Shown piece by piece: positions 50,983 to 60,545 of a stretch of 64,000 nucleotides of DNA. The stretch covers positions 12,778-76,777 of the IMG/VR virus record IMGVR_UViG_3300031857_000105. The stretch is one strand, 5' to 3'. The position numbers and the translations under genes are program-made. The stretch is from a virus. How positions within the stretch are numbered: position 1 is the stretch's first letter; each line of letters opens with the position of its first letter. Under the pieces are notes generated by a model, which searched no databases, was not told where the DNA came from, and saw nothing but the letters and a program-made list of their open reading frames with translations.

Positions 50983-51972
50983 ATGGCAACTTTGGCTGAA
51001 ATTAGAGCAAAACTTAAGGCATCTGAATCAAAAGGTTCAGACAATCAACGTTCAGGTGGTGATAAATCAATTTACCCATTCTGGAATCTTAAAGAAGGCG
51101 GCGAATCCGTATTGCGATTCCTCCCTGATGGTAATCAAGACAACACTTTTTTCTGGGTAGAGCGAGCAATGATTAAATTGCCATTCGCCGGAATCAAAGG
51201 TGAATCAGAAAGCAAACCAGTACAAGTACAAATCCCATGCGTAGAAATGTATGGCGATTCTTGTCCAATTCTAAATGAAGTACGTGGTTGGTTCAAAGAC
51301 CCAGCACTAGAAGATATGGGTCGTAAGTACTGGAAAAAGCGTAGTTACATTTTCCAAGGTTTCGTTGCAGAAGACGGACTTGGCGAAAAGAGTGACGAGC
51401 AACCAGAAAATCCAATTCGTCGTTTTATTATTGGACCTCAAATCTTTACAAGCATTCGTGCGGCACTAGTTGATCCAGAATTGGAAGATTTGCCGACAGA
51501 CTTTGTACATGGTCTAGACTATCGTATGAAAAAAGGTTCAAAAGGCGGATATGCTGACTACTCAACTTCAACATGGTCGCGTCGTGAGCGTCCACTAAGT
51601 GATGCTGAACAAGCGGCAATTAAAGAGCACGGCTTGTTTAACTTATCAGACTTCTTACCTAAGAAGCCAGGCGAAGTTGAATTGAAAGTTATGAAGGAAA
51701 TGTTTGAAGCTTCAGTAGACGGCGAAGCATATGACATGGAACGCTGGGGACAATATTTTAAACCAGCAGGTATGAGCCAAAACACTGGTGATCCTAATAA
51801 GTCGACTGCATCTGCACCTAAAGCAGCTCCTGCACCACAAGCATCTCACGATGATGAAGATGATACTCCTGCTCCAGCAGTTAAGGCTACACCAGCCGCA
51901 ACTCCTGCAGACGCAGGCGGCGATTCACGTGCCCAAGACATCTTGGCAATGATTCGCAATCGTCAAAAGTAA
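50983..51972 (+). CDS. gp32: Single-stranded DNA-binding protein (T4 gp32-like)
   Basis: LRFLPD...CVEMYGDSCPI...YWKKRSY...IGPQIF...YADYSTS.W; acidic/Ala-rich tail; strong AAGGAG RBS; upstream of UvsX. Confidence 0.85.
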   Translation: MATLAEIRAKLKASESKGSDNQRSGGDKSIYPFWNLKEGGESVLRFLPDGNQDNTFFWVERAMIKLPFAGIKGESESKPVQVQIPCVEMYGDSCPILNEVRGWFKDPALEDMGRKYWKKRSYIFQGFVAEDGLGEKSDEQPENPIRRFIIGPQIFTSIRAALVDPELEDLPTDFVHGLDYRMKKGSKGGYADYSTSTWSRRERPLSDAEQAAIKEHGLFNLSDFLPKKPGEVELKVMKEMFEASVDGEAYDMERWGQYFKPAGMSQNTGDPNKSTASAPKAAPAPQASHDDEDDTPAPAVKATPAATPADAGGDSRAQDILAMIRNRQK

Positions 51973-52037
51973 AAACCGCTTGGGCCTCTGCAACTTAGTT
52001 GTACGCCCAGGTTCTCACATCTATTAGGAGAATAATT

Positions 52038-52229
52038 ATGAGTAAATTGGCAAAATTAGCAAAAGTAAATGAATCGATTACTATCAATCGTTATGACAAT
52101 GGTTGGATGGTTGAAGTTGGTGGACGTGACGAGGACAGCGAATGGAAAAACGCTAAAATTCTTTGTAACACAGAAGATGAAATGATCGCTGTAGTTAAAG
52201 AATGGAATTCAATGGACTTGGACAACTAA
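52038..52229 (+). CDS. Small hypothetical protein
   Basis: AGGAG RBS before ATG 52038 (MSKLAKL...), 63 aa. Confidence 0.6.
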   Translation: MSKLAKLAKVNESITINRYDNGWMVEVGGRDEDSEWKNAKILCNTEDEMIAVVKEWNSMDLDN

Positions 52230-52230
52230 T

Positions 52231-53289
52231 ATGGCTACTAAGGCATTCGATTTATCTAAATTTAGAAAAACGTTAACTAAGTCCATCGACGGACTTGGTG
52301 TTGGATTTAACGATCCAACAGATTGGGTTAGCACAGGCAATTATACGCTTAACTATCTAATCAGTGGTGATTTCCACAAAGGTATTCCGCTAGGTAAGGT
52401 TACTGTATTTGCAGGCGAATCTGGTGCAGGTAAATCATTTATCTGTTCAGGTAATCTAGTGCGTAATGCACAAGCACAGGGCATTTATGTTATCTTAATT
52501 GATACAGAAAATGCGCTAGACGAAACATGGCTACACGCTCTTGGTGTAGACACAAGCGAAGATAAACTTCTTAAACTCAACATGGCAATGATTGATGATG
52601 TGGCTAAAACCATTCATGAATTCATGAAAGAGTACAAAGAAATGGCAGAACGTCCTAAAGTCTTATTTGTCATAGACTCATTGGGTATGTTGCTTACCCC
52701 TACTGACATTAACCAGTTCCAAGCTGGTGACATGAAGGGAGACATGGGCCGTAAACCTAAAGCACTTACAAGTTTGGTGCGTAACTGTGTAAACATGTTT
52801 GGTAGTTATAACGTAGGTATGGTTTGTACAAATCACACTTACGCCTCGCAGGACATGTTTGATCCAGATGACAAAATTAGTGGCGGACAAGGCTTTGTCT
52901 ACGCAAGTTCTATCGTTGTTGCTATGAAAAAACTCAAACTTAAAGAGGATGAGGATGGCAATAAGGTATCAGATGTCATGGGTATTCGTGCGTCATGTAA
53001 GATTATGAAAACTCGTTATAGTAAGCCTTTTGAAACTGTACAAATTAAGATTCCATATGAAACAGGTATGAATCCTTATTCAGGAATGGTTGATATGTGC
53101 GAGAAAGCCGGCCTGCTAAAGCAAGAAGGTAACAGACTCAAGTGGGTTGATCCAGAGACAGGTGAAGAGTTCAAATTCTACCGAAAAGAATGGAAAGATG
53201 ATAAATTAGATATGTTAATGGCAAAATTTCATATTAAAACTTTAACAACAACTACCATTCCTGAGGAGACAGACGAGAATGTTGAATGA
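52231..53289 (+). CDS. uvsX: RecA-like recombinase UvsX
   Basis: STGNYTLNYLISG...FAGESGAGKS, IDTENA, FVIDSLG, NHTY...SGG. Confidence 0.93.
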   Translation: MATKAFDLSKFRKTLTKSIDGLGVGFNDPTDWVSTGNYTLNYLISGDFHKGIPLGKVTVFAGESGAGKSFICSGNLVRNAQAQGIYVILIDTENALDETWLHALGVDTSEDKLLKLNMAMIDDVAKTIHEFMKEYKEMAERPKVLFVIDSLGMLLTPTDINQFQAGDMKGDMGRKPKALTSLVRNCVNMFGSYNVGMVCTNHTYASQDMFDPDDKISGGQGFVYASSIVVAMKKLKLKEDEDGNKVSDVMGIRASCKIMKTRYSKPFETVQIKIPYETGMNPYSGMVDMCEKAGLLKQEGNRLKWVDPETGEEFKFYRKEWKDDKLDMLMAKFHIKTLTTTTIPEETDENVE

Positions 53290-53512
53290 AACACAAATTG
53301 GTGATGTATGGTTGCTTTTTGCAGATTATATCGATAAAAAGCAATTAGAACTTGTTGCTGAACGATATGTAGATTTATTGGCTGATCATGGAGTTAGTGA
53401 CAAAGTGTTGCAAAGTGCAACCGGTGTTGACGAAACTTTAGACTCTGCCATTGAATACTATCTTGATGAAGAAGAAGTCGACGACGATGACTACAAGGAA
53501 CTAGACTTTTAA
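53279..53512 (+). CDS. Small acidic hypothetical protein
   Basis: 77-aa coupled ORF between UvsX and UvsY. Confidence 0.55.
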   Translation: MLNETQIGDVWLLFADYIDKKQLELVAERYVDLLADHGVSDKVLQSATGVDETLDSAIEYYLDEEEVDDDDYKELDF

Positions 53513-53964
53513 TGTGGTACGCTAAAATTGCCAAAGATATTTCTTATATTCCTGACGCTGTTGAATATTTTAACGGCGAGTTAGACAATGCTAGAATGGA
53601 ATGTCGAATTACAGGTAATGTTGAGAAAGCAGCCGCTTCGATGCCCGGTATAGTAGAACAACGATTTAGTCAATTGCAAGAAATTGAGGCAGTTTTAGAA
53701 TATTTAAACATTGAACTTCGTAGATTGAAAAGTAGTCACTTTCGTAAATATCTTGAAAACTATCAACGTGCTTTATCTTCTAGGGACTGTGAAAAGTTCG
53801 TAGAGGGTGAAGCAGACGTTGTAGATTTTGAAAAAATTATTAACGAATTTGCTTTACTACGTAATAAATGGTTAGGTATTACCAAAGCACTTGATCAGAA
53901 ACAATGGCAAATTACTAACATTGTAAAGTTACGTGTCGCTGGCATGGAAGATGCTACACTATGA
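53512..53964 (+). CDS. uvsY: Recombination mediator UvsY
   Basis: Helical 150 aa; 'KYLENYQRALSSRD.EK.VEGE...K.LD.KQWQITNIVKLR.AG'; position after UvsX. Confidence 0.75.
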   Translation: MWYAKIAKDISYIPDAVEYFNGELDNARMECRITGNVEKAAASMPGIVEQRFSQLQEIEAVLEYLNIELRRLKSSHFRKYLENYQRALSSRDCEKFVEGEADVVDFEKIINEFALLRNKWLGITKALDQKQWQITNIVKLRVAGMEDATL

Positions 53965-54716
53965 AGATAGTTTTAGTAACTGGCGGTTTTGACCCACTAC
54001 ACAGTGGACATATTGAATATTTTAAAGAAGCTAAAAAGTTAGGCGATAAATTAATCGTTGGACTTAATAGTGATGCTTGGTTGGAACGAAAAAAAGGTCG
54101 TGCATTTATGCCAGGGCATGAACGTTCTGCTATTATAGAAAATCTTAAAATGGTCGATGGTATTATATTGTTTAATGACGATGACAATACTGCATCCGAA
54201 GCTATTAAAAACGTAAAACAACTGTATCCTAACGATCAAATAATATTTGCTAACGGTGGTGATCGCAATGCAGGCAACATTCCAGAAATGTTAATACCCG
54301 ATGTATTATTTAAATTTGGAATCGGCGGCGCAAATAAGACTAACAGTTCAAGTTGGATCTTAGACGAGTGGAAAGCACCAAAGACTGAACGCCCATGGGG
54401 ATATTATCGTGTGTTGCACGAAGTACCTGGTACTAAAGTTAAAGAGCTTACGGTTAATCCAGGACAAAGTTTAAGTTTGCAAAGACACAAATTTAGGCAT
54501 GAGTTTTGGCATGTCACTTCTGGAAAATGTGCAGTTGAACAACGAATGCCGGGTGGTTATATGCTACCTACTATCGAATTAACTGCTCATAAGCAAGTAA
54601 GTGTTCCTATCAATGATTGGCATCGGATTTATAATCCTTACAACGAACCATGTAAAATTGTAGAAATACAATACGGTGAGTCGTGTACAGAAGACGACAT
54701 AGAACGTCAAAACTAA
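53961..54716 (+). CDS. Cytidylyltransferase (HxGH) fused to a mannose-6-phosphate-isomerase-type cupin
   Basis: VTGGFDPLHSGH...VGLNSD.WL.RKKG...FANGGDR; C-terminal TERPWGYY...VKEL.V.PG.SLSLQRH..R.E.W...EIQYG...EDDIER. Confidence 0.85.
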   Translation: MKIVLVTGGFDPLHSGHIEYFKEAKKLGDKLIVGLNSDAWLERKKGRAFMPGHERSAIIENLKMVDGIILFNDDDNTASEAIKNVKQLYPNDQIIFANGGDRNAGNIPEMLIPDVLFKFGIGGANKTNSSSWILDEWKAPKTERPWGYYRVLHEVPGTKVKELTVNPGQSLSLQRHKFRHEFWHVTSGKCAVEQRMPGGYMLPTIELTAHKQVSVPINDWHRIYNPYNEPCKIVEIQYGESCTEDDIERQN

Positions 54717-54737
54717 TTTGCCCAAAAGGTGATCCGC

Positions 54738-54769
54738 AGGCCTTAAATAATATTGAGGCCTATTTTTTT
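54738..54769 (+). terminator. Rho-independent terminator
   Basis: AGGCCTTAA...TTGAGGCCT hairpin followed by ATTTTTTT. Confidence 0.7.
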
Positions 54770-54778
54770 CACAAAAGG

Positions 54779-54807
54779 TTGACCTTTGTTAACAAATTGT
54801 GTATAGT
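54779..54807 (+). promoter_or_regulatory. sigma70-type promoter
   Basis: TTGACC-17 nt-TATAGT; the ATG lies 7 nt past the -10. Confidence 0.65.
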
Positions 54808-54813
54808 ATACAT

Positions 54814-55992
54814 ATGACAACAGTAGATAACATACTCTTACAAATAATCAACGCATCTGATGATACAATTAGTGCTATTAAATCACGAGATTTAAAAGTA
54901 ATGAAAAGTTTGGCAAAAATAGTGTTGTCTCCAAACTTTATTACAGAAAATCAGGGAAGATTGCTTTTAAAGATTTTAAATGAAAATTTAGAAAAATTTG
55001 GAAATCTTTCAGATGAAGTAAATTCCGCAATCAACACGCCTACTTGGTCAAAATCATTTCGTCCAATTGACAAAACTAAAAAAATATACCTATCTAAAGA
55101 CGAACCAGGCATAGTTATAGAATTTGCATTTTCTTCAACATTGCGTAAGGTGCTTACGAGTATTTGGAAGGATGTTGCAGGTCTTACTCAAATCAATTCA
55201 GGCAAATTTTATCGAGCTGACCTTACTGAAAAAAACATTGTAACACTCTACGAAACCTTTCATACTCATGATTTTGAAATAGAGGAAAAAATTTGCAATT
55301 TTTACGATACTATAAAATCTTGGTCAAAAATTGAGGTTGAAAGTCAGTTTATACTAACCAACTTTTCTCATGCAAACTTTCAAAAAGCCATAACGCATGA
55401 TCTCGGCCTTGAAACAGAAATAGACAAATGTGTCATACAAGACCGAAGTATTCGGTATCAGTATTTTGTGGAAAATACCCCAGAAAATCCCAAAAATTTG
55501 ACCGAAAAAATTGCATTTCGTAAATCTAGTAAAGTGTGGATTAATAAAACTGAAACTGGTCTTGACGAAATATTCGAAAGTTTGTTAAAATTAAAACGAT
55601 TACCGGCACTAATTATTTTCGATAACAACGACCATAAAAGGTGCTTTGAAGAACTGAAAAATCTTCATGAAAATTTGGAAAAAAATGGAATTTTTGAGGG
55701 TGTGGGAATTTATTTCAGATTGCCCAATGACGAGTATGGAACTCAGTTTAATAAATTTATTGCTGAACACCAATACAATGTACAACTCGATGATTATGCA
55801 AAAGTTGTCGGAGTACAAAACGGAAAAATACCCAAATTTTTCCTGAAAAATGCGTGGAAGCCGCTTAGTGTGATATCAATAGGCAGTCCACTAAAACAAA
55901 CTAAAACGGCAGCGTATTCTAATTGTTGTGATTTGATAATTTCCTATACAGACCAACAACCTATTATTGAAACAGGAAACTTATGGCTGTAA
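54814..55992 (+). CDS. Hypothetical protein
   Basis: About 392-aa ORF overlapping the UvsW start; no motif recognised. Confidence 0.6.
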   Translation: MTTVDNILLQIINASDDTISAIKSRDLKVMKSLAKIVLSPNFITENQGRLLLKILNENLEKFGNLSDEVNSAINTPTWSKSFRPIDKTKKIYLSKDEPGIVIEFAFSSTLRKVLTSIWKDVAGLTQINSGKFYRADLTEKNIVTLYETFHTHDFEIEEKICNFYDTIKSWSKIEVESQFILTNFSHANFQKAITHDLGLETEIDKCVIQDRSIRYQYFVENTPENPKNLTEKIAFRKSSKVWINKTETGLDEIFESLLKLKRLPALIIFDNNDHKRCFEELKNLHENLEKNGIFEGVGIYFRLPNDEYGTQFNKFIAEHQYNVQLDDYAKVVGVQNGKIPKFFLKNAWKPLSVISIGSPLKQTKTAAYSNCCDLIISYTDQQPIIETGNLWL

Positions 55993-57449
55993 AATTAGTT
56001 ATAAAAGACGAGGTTAACATTAAATTTGAAGGGTTAGCATTAGATGCCCGCAAAAAGTTAGCCAACACTTTTAAGTATGAAATTCCCTATGCTCGCTATC
56101 ATCCAGCTTACAAACTAGGTCGATGGGATGGTATGGTTAGTATGTTTGGCCTTGGCGGCAATGGTTATTTAAGCCAACTAGAAAAGATACTATCTGTGCT
56201 ATCCAGCATGAATATCGATATTGATGAATTGGAAGATTTACGTTCAACACCTAAACTTTCATTCACTCCTGTTACAGAAACTTATTGGGCGGACCAAGGC
56301 AAAGTATGGCCAAAAGGTCACCAGCAGGAAGGTAAACCCATATTGTTGCGCGACTATCAAGTAGACGCAATTAACAGATTTATTGAAAATACACAAAGCC
56401 TACAAGAGATTGCCACTGGTGCAGGAAAGACTATTACAACTGCTACTCTTAGTCAGCTTTCTGAAAAATATGGACGGACAATTACCATTGTACCTAATAA
56501 GAGTCTTGTAGAGCAAACAGAAGAAGATTTTATTGCTGTAGGTTTAGATGTTGGTGTATATTACGGAGATCGCAAAGATCTTAATAAGACACATACTATT
56601 TGTACATGGCAAAGTCTTAATATCTTAGATAAGAAAAGTAAAAATCAAGAACAAGATATTGTAACTCTTGCAGAATTTCTTGACGGCGTTAAATGTGTCA
56701 TAGTCGACGAAGTTCATATGGCAAAAGCTGAAGTTTTGAGATCGTTACTTACACAAAATTTATGCAATGCGCCAATCCGCTGGGGATTAACTGGAACTGT
56801 TCCTAAAGAAAAATTTGAAAGCGAACAGATATTTGCCAGCATTGGCCCAGTAATTGGCGGCATTAAAGCTCACGAGTTACAAGAAATGGGAGTGCTATCT
56901 AATTGCCACGTTAACGTAGTGCAAATGATAGATTTACCAGAATTTAGAAGTTATGCTGAAGAATTAAAATATCTTGTAACAGATGACAACAGGATGTTAT
57001 ACATCAGCAACTTAATAAAAGGCATTAGTGAATCTGGAAACACATTAGTACTTGTTAACAGAATCGATTCAGGCAAATTTTTAGTAAATGAATTGGAAGG
57101 CGCAGTATTCATTTCCGGGGAAGTAAAAACAAAGGATAGGAAAGAAGAGTATGATGAAGTTAAAACTAGTAGTGAAAAGATTATTGTGGCGACTTATGGT
57201 GTGGCCGCTGTTGGTATTAATATCCCAAGGATTTTTAATTTGGTTCTTCTTGAGCCCGGAAAGAGCTTTGTTAGGGTTATACAAAGTATTGGGCGAGGCA
57301 TTAGAAAAGCAGAAGACAAAGATTTTGTCCAGATCTGGGACGTTACAAGCACCTGCAAATACGCCAAGCGACACTTAACAGAGCGAAAGAAATTTTACAA
57401 GGAAGCCAAGTATCCGTTTACATTAGAAAAAACGGACTGGACAAAATAA
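55983..57449 (+). CDS. uvsW: SF2 DNA helicase UvsW
   Basis: WDG...LRDYQ, ATGAGKT, IVDEVH, GLTGT, ATYG...GINIP, QSIGRG.R. Confidence 0.9.
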   Translation: MAVKLVIKDEVNIKFEGLALDARKKLANTFKYEIPYARYHPAYKLGRWDGMVSMFGLGGNGYLSQLEKILSVLSSMNIDIDELEDLRSTPKLSFTPVTETYWADQGKVWPKGHQQEGKPILLRDYQVDAINRFIENTQSLQEIATGAGKTITTATLSQLSEKYGRTITIVPNKSLVEQTEEDFIAVGLDVGVYYGDRKDLNKTHTICTWQSLNILDKKSKNQEQDIVTLAEFLDGVKCVIVDEVHMAKAEVLRSLLTQNLCNAPIRWGLTGTVPKEKFESEQIFASIGPVIGGIKAHELQEMGVLSNCHVNVVQMIDLPEFRSYAEELKYLVTDDNRMLYISNLIKGISESGNTLVLVNRIDSGKFLVNELEGAVFISGEVKTKDRKEEYDEVKTSSEKIIVATYGVAAVGINIPRIFNLVLLEPGKSFVRVIQSIGRGIRKAEDKDFVQIWDVTSTCKYAKRHLTERKKFYKEAKYPFTLEKTDWTK

Positions 57450-57455
57450 GGAATT

Positions 57456-57962
57456 ATGCAAATATTAACATTAGATAACGTAACATTTTCGTTGAACAAT
57501 TTACCGGACGAGGTAGACGATAGTACAAGATTCGCAGTACTTGATAACAGTGATCCGCATAATCCAGATTTTTTCTTTATGCCACTGATATTTTTAGAAT
57601 CTTTTAATAGTCCCGCAATGGTACTAAGAATCGGCGAAGATGAAGTAACAATGCCCATCGATTGGAGCATTGCGGTAGGTGATAGTAGTGCTGCAACCGA
57701 CATTGAAATTCTTCCTCTTACAAGTTTAAATGACAGGGGGTTTGAAGCATTAATTTTTAATCCACTTAGCAGTTTTAGAGTTGAGTTTAAGAAAATTGAA
57801 ATTGTAAATTTTTATAATGACGTTAAATGGTATTTCCCAAAGATGAAAAACGGACAACTGTTAGCAGTTCCAACCCGCTTTCAAGAAAAACCAAACTGTG
57901 CATATTTTGTTAAAGAAATTAGTAGACAAAGCGAAATTATTCAATTAGATAAAATATTATGA
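57456..57962 (+). CDS. Hypothetical protein, possible degenerate Hint-fold
   Basis: 168-aa beta-rich ORF with AAGGA RBS; spacing resembles Hint blocks but the catalytic residues are missing. Confidence 0.6.
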   Translation: MQILTLDNVTFSLNNLPDEVDDSTRFAVLDNSDPHNPDFFFMPLIFLESFNSPAMVLRIGEDEVTMPIDWSIAVGDSSAATDIEILPLTSLNDRGFEALIFNPLSSFRVEFKKIEIVNFYNDVKWYFPKMKNGQLLAVPTRFQEKPNCAYFVKEISRQSEIIQLDKIL

Positions 57963-58102
57963 CCGACAAAGAATTATTAGATCGAATTAATACAGCATAT
58001 AAAGTGTATCCACATCCAAGCAAAGAAATTGATTTTTTTATATCTTGGATGTATAAACAATATGGAATTGTACAACAGGAGAAAAAAGATGGGAAGCCTT
58101 AA
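57959..58102 (+). CDS. Small hypothetical protein (47 aa; not in the ORF track)
   Basis: MTDKELLDRINTAYKVYPHPSKEIDFFISWMYKQYGIVQQEKKDGKP; ATGA overlap with the upstream stop. Confidence 0.5.
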   Translation: MTDKELLDRINTAYKVYPHPSKEIDFFISWMYKQYGIVQQEKKDGKP

Positions 58103-58379
58103 ACCTGGCGTAACACTTATACATGAACGTGTAGATAATGTAGTCTACACTAGAGAATTTGGATCAGATCCTAGTACTAGACAAGTAGCAGGATGGGATT
58201 ATAATAAAGCCAATCCACATTTTGATCCTCGTACAAATGATGGCAGACCATTACATGATCATATAATGGATAGCAAAATGTGGGGTGAAATTCGGAGAGA
58301 AGCACGTACCAATATCACTTTACAAAAGGCCCTAGATCGTGTTATAATGATATACAAATTGAGTAAGGACAAAGTATAA
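58089..58379 (+). CDS. Hypothetical protein
   Basis: AGGAG RBS before ATG 58089 (MGSLKPG...). Confidence 0.6.
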   Translation: MGSLKPGVTLIHERVDNVVYTREFGSDPSTRQVAGWDYNKANPHFDPRTNDGRPLHDHIMDSKMWGEIRREARTNITLQKALDRVIMIYKLSKDKV

Positions 58380-59005
58380 TGGCATTAAAAGTTGCATATT
58401 TTCAACCAACAGTATTAGCTATTGATAATGTTCCGCCTGTAGAATTTAGTAAAATTTATAGTCTAGCTGAAGCATTACACAACAGACCAGAATTAAATGA
58501 TGCCAATAATCCTGCAATTAGTATTAGAGGAGGTCAACAAATACAAGTATATCCAAATGCGATAGGCATAGATGTTACTTGGTTAGTCAATTGGCTTCAA
58601 ACAATTTGTACCGGATATATGGAATTGGTATCTCAACAATCTGGTACCGAAGAATTAAAACATTGTAAACCTGTGGTAACTAGTATTTGGACTATACGAC
58701 AGCATTCTGGAGACTATCAAGAGATGCATAGTCATCCCGGCGGCAATTTAAGCGGCAATATATATCTTAGCGCACCCGAGTTAAATGACACACGAAATCC
58801 TAGTGACAGTCAAATTTTATTTAGATTACCGCAAACAAAAGATGTCACCAAATTTATTATGAATGACACTTGGAAATATGACCCAATACCTGGAACTATC
58901 ATAGTGTTTCCAAGTCACTTGCCCCATACAGTTTATCCCTGGCAAGGAATTGGAAATAGAACCGTAGTAGCATTTGATGCCATATTGAGACCAAAAGATG
59001 AGTGA
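58379..59005 (+). CDS. 2OG-Fe(II) oxygenase (TIGR02466-like)
   Basis: SIW...GDYQEMHSH..GNLSG.IY...VFPSHLPHTVYP...RTVVAFD. Confidence 0.8.
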   Translation: MALKVAYFQPTVLAIDNVPPVEFSKIYSLAEALHNRPELNDANNPAISIRGGQQIQVYPNAIGIDVTWLVNWLQTICTGYMELVSQQSGTEELKHCKPVVTSIWTIRQHSGDYQEMHSHPGGNLSGNIYLSAPELNDTRNPSDSQILFRLPQTKDVTKFIMNDTWKYDPIPGTIIVFPSHLPHTVYPWQGIGNRTVVAFDAILRPKDE

Positions 59006-59477
59006 AAAAGTTGAGCTAAAAGAAAAGATTTCAGCAGTCGATGAAAATGTTCGCGAGCTATGGGATGCTATGGATGCTGAACAACAAAAGAGTCTCAAAA
59101 GCGAATTCTTTATTCTTAACAGATATATCAGTAATGCTAAAACATCTAACAGAGAAACTCAGCAACACTTTGTATTGACAGTTAACGAATATTTTAATAA
59201 ACATTGGAATCTACTACAAAAACATCCTAAGCTCATGTGGTTGTTATTGTGTATGTGCAGCTATGATGGCAAAACACATTTTTATCACGAATGGATTGGC
59301 AACAAAAAGAAAACTGGCAGTGATAGTAAAAAAGTTAAATTTTTAACAGATATCTACCCTAATAGAAAAATAGACGAGATAGAACTGTTAGCTAAAATGA
59401 CGACAGATAAAGAGTTAAAAGAATTAGCAAAACGATACGGAATGGAAGATTCAACAATTACTAAAAAATTTAAATGA
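58998..59477 (+). CDS. Putative clamp-loader small subunit (gp62-like)
   Basis: FFILNRYIS...VNE...HPKL.W.L...FYHEWI..KKK...FL..IYP pattern and replication-block context; weak similarity. Confidence 0.4.
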   Translation: MSEKVELKEKISAVDENVRELWDAMDAEQQKSLKSEFFILNRYISNAKTSNRETQQHFVLTVNEYFNKHWNLLQKHPKLMWLLLCMCSYDGKTHFYHEWIGNKKKTGSDSKKVKFLTDIYPNRKIDEIELLAKMTTDKELKELAKRYGMEDSTITKKFK

Positions 59478-60166
59478 TGTCATTAATTAGTCAGCCTTAC
59501 ATTTGTCAGCACTGTAACAAAGGGTTCATGCAAGAAAAAACCCTTATCGTACATGTTTGCGAACAAAAACGACGAGCAATGGCTAAATCTGAAAGACACG
59601 TAGTACTTGGATACGATACATACAATCGATTTTATAAAATTTCTCAGAACAGTAAAGGCGACAAAACATACGAAGAGTTTGCTAGAAGTCCGTACTATAA
59701 TGCATTTGTAAAGTTTGGAAGTTTTGTAAGTAATGTAAATCCACTGTATCCTGAAAAGTTTATCGACTACGTTGTTAGATCAGGCGTTAAATTGGATCAT
59801 TGGTGTAGAGAGGAATTATACGAAAAATATGTATTGGATCTTATTAAGACAGAACCAGTCGAAGTTGCGCTAGAGCGTAGCATCAAACATATGATGGACT
59901 GGGCAGAAAAAAATCAAAGTGTATGGCATCATTACTTTTTATACGTTAGTTTGAGCCGTGCAACATATGATATTAAAGACGGAAAAGTTAGTCCTTGGTT
60001 AATACTAAACAGTTCAAATGGTAAGGAAATGTTGAAAAAATTGGGCGATGAACAGCTGGTTTCTATAAGTAATATTATAGACTTGCAGTTTTGGCTCAAC
60101 AAATTTAAAAAGTTGCCTGCTGATACAGAACTTGTGCGTCAAGTCGTTAAGGAATCTAATATATGA
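59474..60166 (+). CDS. Hypothetical protein with N-terminal C2HC zinc finger
   Basis: YICQHCNKGFMQEKTLIVHVC. Confidence 0.6.
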   Translation: MMSLISQPYICQHCNKGFMQEKTLIVHVCEQKRRAMAKSERHVVLGYDTYNRFYKISQNSKGDKTYEEFARSPYYNAFVKFGSFVSNVNPLYPEKFIDYVVRSGVKLDHWCREELYEKYVLDLIKTEPVEVALERSIKHMMDWAEKNQSVWHHYFLYVSLSRATYDIKDGKVSPWLILNSSNGKEMLKKLGDEQLVSISNIIDLQFWLNKFKKLPADTELVRQVVKESNI

Positions 60167-60360
60167 CAACTACACCAAACCAAGTGAGCGGTAACCCAGA
60201 TGCACTACAACTTGAACTACAAGTAATTGTTTCAGAGGAAGATAATTCAGTATACGTAAAATTTATTGGATTCGAAACAATAGAAGAAGCAGACAAGTAT
60301 GCAGATCATCTAACAGAACATTTGCCATTGTTGCTGTTCGAAAGCGAGATAAAACATTGA
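60163..60360 (+). CDS. Small hypothetical protein
   Basis: 65-aa coupled ORF. Confidence 0.5.
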   Translation: MTTTPNQVSGNPDALQLELQVIVSEEDNSVYVKFIGFETIEEADKYADHLTEHLPLLLFESEIKH

Positions 60361-60545
60361 GACACTTAAAAGACGGAACTAAGGCTAAAGAATTAAAAGA
60401 ACCAGTTACACTTACAGTCTATACAAAATGTCCAGAAAAGTGGATGTTATGCGATAAAGAAACAGGCGAAGTGTATATTGGACACATGACCAAAGGTAAG
60501 AATAGTTGGAAGAAAATTGACCAGTGGGACGGAAAAGATGCCTGA
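60357..60545 (+). CDS. Small hypothetical protein
   Basis: 62 aa; TKCPEKWML.DKETGEVYIG. Confidence 0.5.
   Translation: MRHLKDGTKAKELKEPVTLTVYTKCPEKWMLCDKETGEVYIGHMTKGKNSWKKIDQWDGKDA

Noticed and set aside
46102-57449. Inteins or introns in the terminase, UvsX or UvsW
   Set aside because: All have normal lengths and contiguous motifs
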